From positions 1-53,508 of the forward strand of contig NZ_JAHLOD010000025.1 of the NCBI RefSeq assembly GCF_018917145.1: a DNA stretch of 53,508 bases, read 5' to 3'. A program made the position numbers and the translations under genes. The notes beneath the pieces are model-generated. The model was not told the DNA's origin and did no database searches. It worked only from the letters and a program-made list of their open reading frames with translations. Of the stretch, positions 49,073-53,508 are shown one piece after another (the first letter of the stretch is position 1; the number at the start of each line of letters is the position of its first letter). This DNA is from Clostridium bornimense. GTDB taxonomy: Bacteria > Bacillota > Clostridia > Clostridiales > Clostridiaceae.

Positions 49073-50203
49073 ATGAAAAATATAAGTAAGATATCAAGAA
49101 TAGTACTAATTATTATAACTATAATGCTATTAATTCAATTAGGTGTAGGAAATTTAGTAAGTGCGCAAGATGGAGGTGAAAACGAAGAAAAAAAGTTACC
49201 GCTTCCTGAAAAAGAAGAGATAACAAAAGTTGTAGAAGAAATTTTTAATGATAGGAATAGGGCAATTTTAGAACATGATTTGAGCCTTGTAAAAGATCAT
49301 TATAACACTGATAGTAAATATGGTATGTGGGCTTATGAGTATGAGGAAAAAAAGGCAAATTATCTTCATAATTGGGAAGAGAAACAAGGTGCTATCTTTG
49401 TAGAAATAAAGCCTAAGGTAGTAATTAAGAGCTTAAAAGGCACAGCAGACAAAGTAAGAGCATATCTTATCTGTTCTACAGAATATCAATATATGTATGA
49501 AGATAATATGGAAGTAACAAATGTATTTAGAATAGGAACTGATCATACATTAACTTTAGCAAGAGATGGTGATAGGTGGATAATTGTTAAGGAGTGGTAT
49601 AAGGATCCTTTTGGTGATTCTTTAGAATTAAAAAATTTAAAAAGTGATGATGTAAAAAGTTTTATAATGTCACAGGAGACAAAGGATTTAGAAGGAATTA
49701 ATGAAAGAAGAAAAGGCATTATAGAATATGGTAAACAATTTTGTGGTGGTGCTACAGAAGAACAATATGGATTTAAATATAATAAAAAGTATAGAAATTA
49801 TAATCCAGAAGGTGGGGATTGTGCAAATTTTGCATCACAGATGTTGCATGAAGGAGGAAAGTTTAAAAAGAATTCTTCGTGGAATTGTGATGGTAGTGGA
49901 GCCACAGGACCTTGGGTTAATGCAGGAGGATTCAAAAATTATATGGTTAACTCAGGAAGAGCATCAGTAATTGCTTATGGAAATTATGAAAAGGTATACA
50001 AACTTGCATATAAGATGCTTCCAGGAGATTTTGTAGCTTATGAAGCTAAAGGAGATGTAAATCATATTTCAATGGTAACAGGAGTAGATTCAAAAGGATA
50101 CCCTTTAGTTACTTGTCATAATACCGATAGATATATGGTACCATGGGATTTAGGATGGAGTAATCCTAAGATAAAGTTTTGGTTAGTGAGAACACATTGC
50201 TAA
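49073..50203 (+). CDS. Secreted or membrane-anchored protein with a C-terminal putative amidase (papain-fold, CHAP/NlpC-like) domain.
   Basis: N-terminal TM/signal. Candidate C-terminal catalytic Cys in GGDCANFASQML and His in VNHISMV. Confidence 0.5.
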   Translation: MKNISKISRIVLIIITIMLLIQLGVGNLVSAQDGGENEEKKLPLPEKEEITKVVEEIFNDRNRAILEHDLSLVKDHYNTDSKYGMWAYEYEEKKANYLHNWEEKQGAIFVEIKPKVVIKSLKGTADKVRAYLICSTEYQYMYEDNMEVTNVFRIGTDHTLTLARDGDRWIIVKEWYKDPFGDSLELKNLKSDDVKSFIMSQETKDLEGINERRKGIIEYGKQFCGGATEEQYGFKYNKKYRNYNPEGGDCANFASQMLHEGGKFKKNSSWNCDGSGATGPWVNAGGFKNYMVNSGRASVIAYGNYEKVYKLAYKMLPGDFVAYEAKGDVNHISMVTGVDSKGYPLVTCHNTDRYMVPWDLGWSNPKIKFWLVRTHC

Positions 50204-50280
50204 TTACAATAAAATGGTATGGACCTAAAAATCCATACCATTTTCATATACAAAAGATATAATTATATGGGGTGATAAAC

Positions 50281-50955
50281 ATGAAAGCAAAAATTTTAGT
50301 GGTTGAGGATGATTTAAATATACAAGAATTAATTTGTGAATTTTTAAAGTCACAAGAATATGAAGTTGATTCTGCAAATGATGGAATAGAGGCTTTAAAT
50401 AAATTTAACAGTAATGAATATGATATGATTATTTTAGATTTAATGCTTCCTAATTTAGATGGACATTCTACTTGCAAAATGATTAGAAGTAAATCTGATG
50501 TACCTATAATAATATTGACAGCTTTAAATGATGAAGATAATCAATTGAAGGCATTTGAATTCCAAATAGATGATTACATAACAAAGCCATTTTCTTTTAA
50601 CATATTAGTAAAAAGGGTAGAGGCTGTTTTAAGAAGACATAATAAGGTAGAAGCTAATAGTATTAGTTATGAAGGGTTGAAAATTAATTGTGATGAATAT
50701 AAAGCATATGAAGATGGAGAGGAAATTCAACTTACAACTCGTGAATTTGAAATACTTAACTTGTTAATTAGTAATATTCATAAAGTATTAACAAGAGAAA
50801 TGCTATTAGATAAGGTATGGGGATATGATTATTATGGAGAAACTAGAATTGTTGATTCGCATATCAAAAATATAAGGAAAAAGTTAAAAAAATCATATAT
50901 TCAAACTGTTAAGGGAGTAGGATATAGATTGGAGCTTAAGGATGAAAAAGAATAG
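50281..50955 (+). CDS. OmpR-family response regulator.
   Basis: KILVVEDD...ILDLMLPNLDG receiver and a C-terminal winged helix VKGVGYRL. A GGGGTGA RBS precedes it. Confidence 0.9.
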   Translation: MKAKILVVEDDLNIQELICEFLKSQEYEVDSANDGIEALNKFNSNEYDMIILDLMLPNLDGHSTCKMIRSKSDVPIIILTALNDEDNQLKAFEFQIDDYITKPFSFNILVKRVEAVLRRHNKVEANSISYEGLKINCDEYKAYEDGEEIQLTTREFEILNLLISNIHKVLTREMLLDKVWGYDYYGETRIVDSHIKNIRKKLKKSYIQTVKGVGYRLELKDEKE

Positions 50956-52441
50956 TATAAGATTTAAGATTTTTTTAACTACAGCAGCATTATTAACTTT
51001 TTGCGCTTTTATAATATATTTATCATTATATTTAGTGTTACCACAATATTATTTTAAGTATAAGAAAAATAGTACAAGTGTATTAGTAAATAAGTTGATA
51101 GAAGAATGTAAAAGCAAAAGTAGTGGTGATGGATTTTTAACTATAGATAAATTTGTTAGAGAAAATAATGTACATGCAAAAATATACCATCCGGATGGAA
51201 GTATATGGATAAATTTCCCTACTTTTTATAAAGAAAATCTTATTCCACCGAATAAAGATATAATAGGAGATGGCAATAATCCCGTAAATAAAAATGATGT
51301 GGATTCTAATTCTGATAATATTATAGAAAAAAATAATAAAAATAATATTAAGGTTCCAATAGGAGATAAAAGAAAAAATAATGAAAAGATTATAAGGATA
51401 ACAGGGAATATTAAATTCACTGATTTAGATGAAAAATATGTATTAGAAGTTAATACTCCGTTACAACCAATAGATGAAGCATCTACAGTCATGGCATACT
51501 TAATGCCTTATATGATGGGAATTATAATTATTGTATCATTGATAGCAGCATTTTTATATTCAAAAACAATAGCACGTCCTCTTATAAAGATAAATAGGAC
51601 AGCAAAAGAAATGTCAAAGTTAGATTTTTCAGTAAAATGTGATGTTAAATCTAATGATGAAATAGGAGAATTGGCAACTAGTCTTAATGAATTATCTTTT
51701 AATCTTAAAGAAACTATGGATAGTTTACATAATGCAAATGAAAAATTGAAAATAGATATACAAAGGCAAAAAGAACAAGAAGAAGAACGCCGAGAGTTTG
51801 TTGCAACTATTTCTCATGAACTAAAATCTCCTATAACAGCTGTAAGTGGGCAAATAGAGGGAATGCTTTATAATATAGGCGCTTACAAGGATAGAGAAAA
51901 GTATTTAAGAAAATCGTTGTATATAATGAAGGATATGGAGAAATTAGTCTATGAATTATTAGATGTATATAGGTTAGATAATAAAAAAACATTAAAAAAT
52001 AAAGTGAAAATAAACTTATTTGATTTGATAGATAAAATAATTTCAGATGTTATGTATTTTATAGAAGAAAAAAACTTTAAATTAACAGTAGATGTAAGTA
52101 AAGAATATTATATTGAGGGAAATTTAGATATGATAAAAAAAGCATTTTCCAATATAATAATTAATGGAATAAAGTATTCAGAAGGAAATGAAGAGTTAAT
52201 TATAAAGCTAGAGGGCAATAGTTTTCAAATTATAAATACTGGAGCTCATATAGATAAATCCGATTTAGATAAGATTTTTGAACCATTTTATAGAGTTGAA
52301 AAATCAAGAAATAGAAAGACCGGAGGAAGTGGCTTAGGATTACATATTGTAAAAAAAGTTTTAGAAGTACATGATTATAAATATACTATAGAGAATATAG
52401 AAAATGCTGTTAAGTTCACAATAGAATTAGTACAAGTATAA
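50942..52441 (+). CDS. Membrane sensor histidine kinase with an extracytoplasmic loop and HAMP domain.
   Basis: Two TM helices flank a ~150-aa extracellular region. It has HAMP, the H-box ISHELKSPIT, the N-box NIIINGIKYS and the G-box GGSGLGLHIV. The start overlaps the response regulator stop. Confidence 0.85.
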   Translation: MKKNSIRFKIFLTTAALLTFCAFIIYLSLYLVLPQYYFKYKKNSTSVLVNKLIEECKSKSSGDGFLTIDKFVRENNVHAKIYHPDGSIWINFPTFYKENLIPPNKDIIGDGNNPVNKNDVDSNSDNIIEKNNKNNIKVPIGDKRKNNEKIIRITGNIKFTDLDEKYVLEVNTPLQPIDEASTVMAYLMPYMMGIIIIVSLIAAFLYSKTIARPLIKINRTAKEMSKLDFSVKCDVKSNDEIGELATSLNELSFNLKETMDSLHNANEKLKIDIQRQKEQEEERREFVATISHELKSPITAVSGQIEGMLYNIGAYKDREKYLRKSLYIMKDMEKLVYELLDVYRLDNKKTLKNKVKINLFDLIDKIISDVMYFIEEKNFKLTVDVSKEYYIEGNLDMIKKAFSNIIINGIKYSEGNEELIIKLEGNSFQIINTGAHIDKSDLDKIFEPFYRVEKSRNRKTGGSGLGLHIVKKVLEVHDYKYTIENIENAVKFTIELVQV

Positions 52442-52465
52442 TAGGATAATTTATATTTCACAATC

Positions 52466-52860
52466 GTTAGAAAAAGAGGTGTCGCATTAACAAATGAAAA
52501 ATTGTTAGCGATACCTCTTTTTCAATTAAGACAATTTAATCAATTTACAATTCACAATTTTAAGGCAAAGGTAAAGGTAATTTACAATTCACTCAATTCA
52601 AGCAATTCGCAATGGTGGTTAATTTTCCCCTGTGGGGGAAATTTTATAGTCCTGCGGACGGCGAATTACAATTGTATTTATAGATGTATTTAGTGCATAT
52701 ATAAAACTATTATACTTAAGTGTTGTTTTTCATAAATTATGAGTTCCTACTACAAGCTACATGAAAGCAAAGCTTTCATTAACTGTGCCCTGATATATAC
52801 CTGTACCTTGTGCCGTCATACTTGTGCCTTGCTAAAAAAGATGCTGCATTTCTTTGTATT
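52466..52860 (-). repeat. Copy C (~395 bp, inverted orientation) of the GC-rich structured repeat family.
   Basis: The reverse complement reads ...TGCAGCATCTTTTTTAGCAAGGCACAAGTATGACGGCACAAGGTACAGGTATATATCAGGGCACAG...ATGAAAGCAAAGCTTTCAT...AACAACACTTAAGTATAATAG...CCCCCACAGGGGAAAATTAACC...AAAAAGAGGTATCGC-loop-GCGACACCTCTTTTT. Its hairpin end lies 25 nt past the histidine kinase stop. Confidence 0.75.
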
Positions 52861-52872
52861 ACAGACCCTTTT

Positions 52873-53262
52873 TTAAATTAATGGATTTCCATCTGAATCA
52901 GTAGTTATTCCTGATCCGCATAAAATTAAAATTCCTTCTATAAATCCCCATAAAGAAGATATACCACAAGTAAATATTGATAAGAATAGTTGAAGAATAC
53001 CGATACCTACGTAACCAAGGTACATTCTATGAATACCTAAGCCTCCAAGTAGTATTCCTAAAATACCGGCAGCAACTTTTGATTTACCATTAACAGCTAG
53101 ATTTTTAAGTTGCATTCCGCAATTTACACAAAAATCAGCATTTGGATTAGTTTCCTTACCGCAGTTTGGACAAAATAAATCACCATTGCCAGTTTTAACC
53201 CCACAATTTAAACAAACATCGGCATTATTATTGATTTCATTACCACAGTTTCTACAATACAT
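52873..53262 (-). CDS. Double zinc-ribbon plus TM2-domain membrane protein.
   Basis: CRNCG..CLNCG and CPNCG..CVNCG ribbons, then GILGILLGGLGIHRMYLG.. is a TM2-domain signature. Confidence 0.6.
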   Translation of the reverse strand: MYCRNCGNEINNNADVCLNCGVKTGNGDLFCPNCGKETNPNADFCVNCGMQLKNLAVNGKSKVAAGILGILLGGLGIHRMYLGYVGIGILQLFLSIFTCGISSLWGFIEGILILCGSGITTDSDGNPLI

Positions 53263-53508
53263 AATAAAAAATCCCCTTTAATATTTTACATTTAAACTAA
53301 TAATATCAAAAAAGAGAGGAGGTTTCAATTACTTTTAAATTACAACTTGAATCCATGTTGAATTCATATTAAAAGTCTAATATAAATTTAAAGACGACTG
53401 GTAATATGTCAAGATAAAAAAACTTTAAAATTGGAAATTTTCTAGTTTGTCTTATTAAAAAAAGGGTAACTTTAATAAAGCTCATTCTGATTCCAAAATT
53501 TTACAGGG

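Noticed and set aside
37964-52860. Whether the GC-rich repeats are a CRISPR array or the borders of a genomic island.
   Set aside because: There are no short regularly spaced direct repeats. Copies are 230-530 bp and far apart. The 4-kb interval between A and B holds core-type genes (thiE, HAD hydrolase) with no integrase.

Overview
This is a 53.5-kb AT-rich (roughly 28-30% GC) chromosomal segment from a low-GC Firmicute, most likely a Clostridium-type genome. It is gene-dense, mostly plus-strand and largely housekeeping. The window opens with the 5' end of an IS3/IS150-like transposase orfA, cut by the window edge.

Recognisable genes include:
- a CN-hydrolase
- a response regulator / ABC-2 exporter / intramembrane-type histidine kinase module, with the deleted remnant of a second module directly after it
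- phnA, followed by a PspA / zinc-ribbon / SPFH (YdjF-G-I-like) envelope-stress cluster
- glgP
- a MacB-type fused ABC gene with a downstream TetR
- a K+/H+ antiporter
- a guanine-class purine riboswitch driving pbuX-xpt
- sodA, a truncated LysR, ttcA, a GH13 alpha-glycosidase, citrate synthase and ddl
- a MocR regulator followed by a small RtcB-family ligase, pdxK and a small radical-SAM gene
- gpmA
- three tandem CAP/YkwD-domain secreted protein paralogs
- uppP, a PAP2 phosphatase, a nucleotidyltransferase, a multicopper oxidase and yaaA
- a secreted lipase, a Spx/ArsC-like gene, thiE and a HAD hydrolase
- a HlyD/MacB/FtsX tripartite exporter
- a GalT-like HIT protein
- a tRNA-Val-tRNA-Asp pair with a consensus promoter
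- an HD hydrolase, a VanY-like M15 peptidase, an amidase-domain protein and a second two-component system
- a TM2/zinc-ribbon protein

The most unusual thing I see is a family of GC-rich, structured intergenic repeat elements. There are three clear copies and one decayed copy. Each has a conserved 5' 'GCACAAG'-rich module and a 3' module that ends in an SD/anti-SD hairpin abutting the 3' end of a flanking gene. One copy carries a ~340-bp insertion exactly inside the loop of an internal hairpin. I found no CRISPR array, no rRNA and no prophage.
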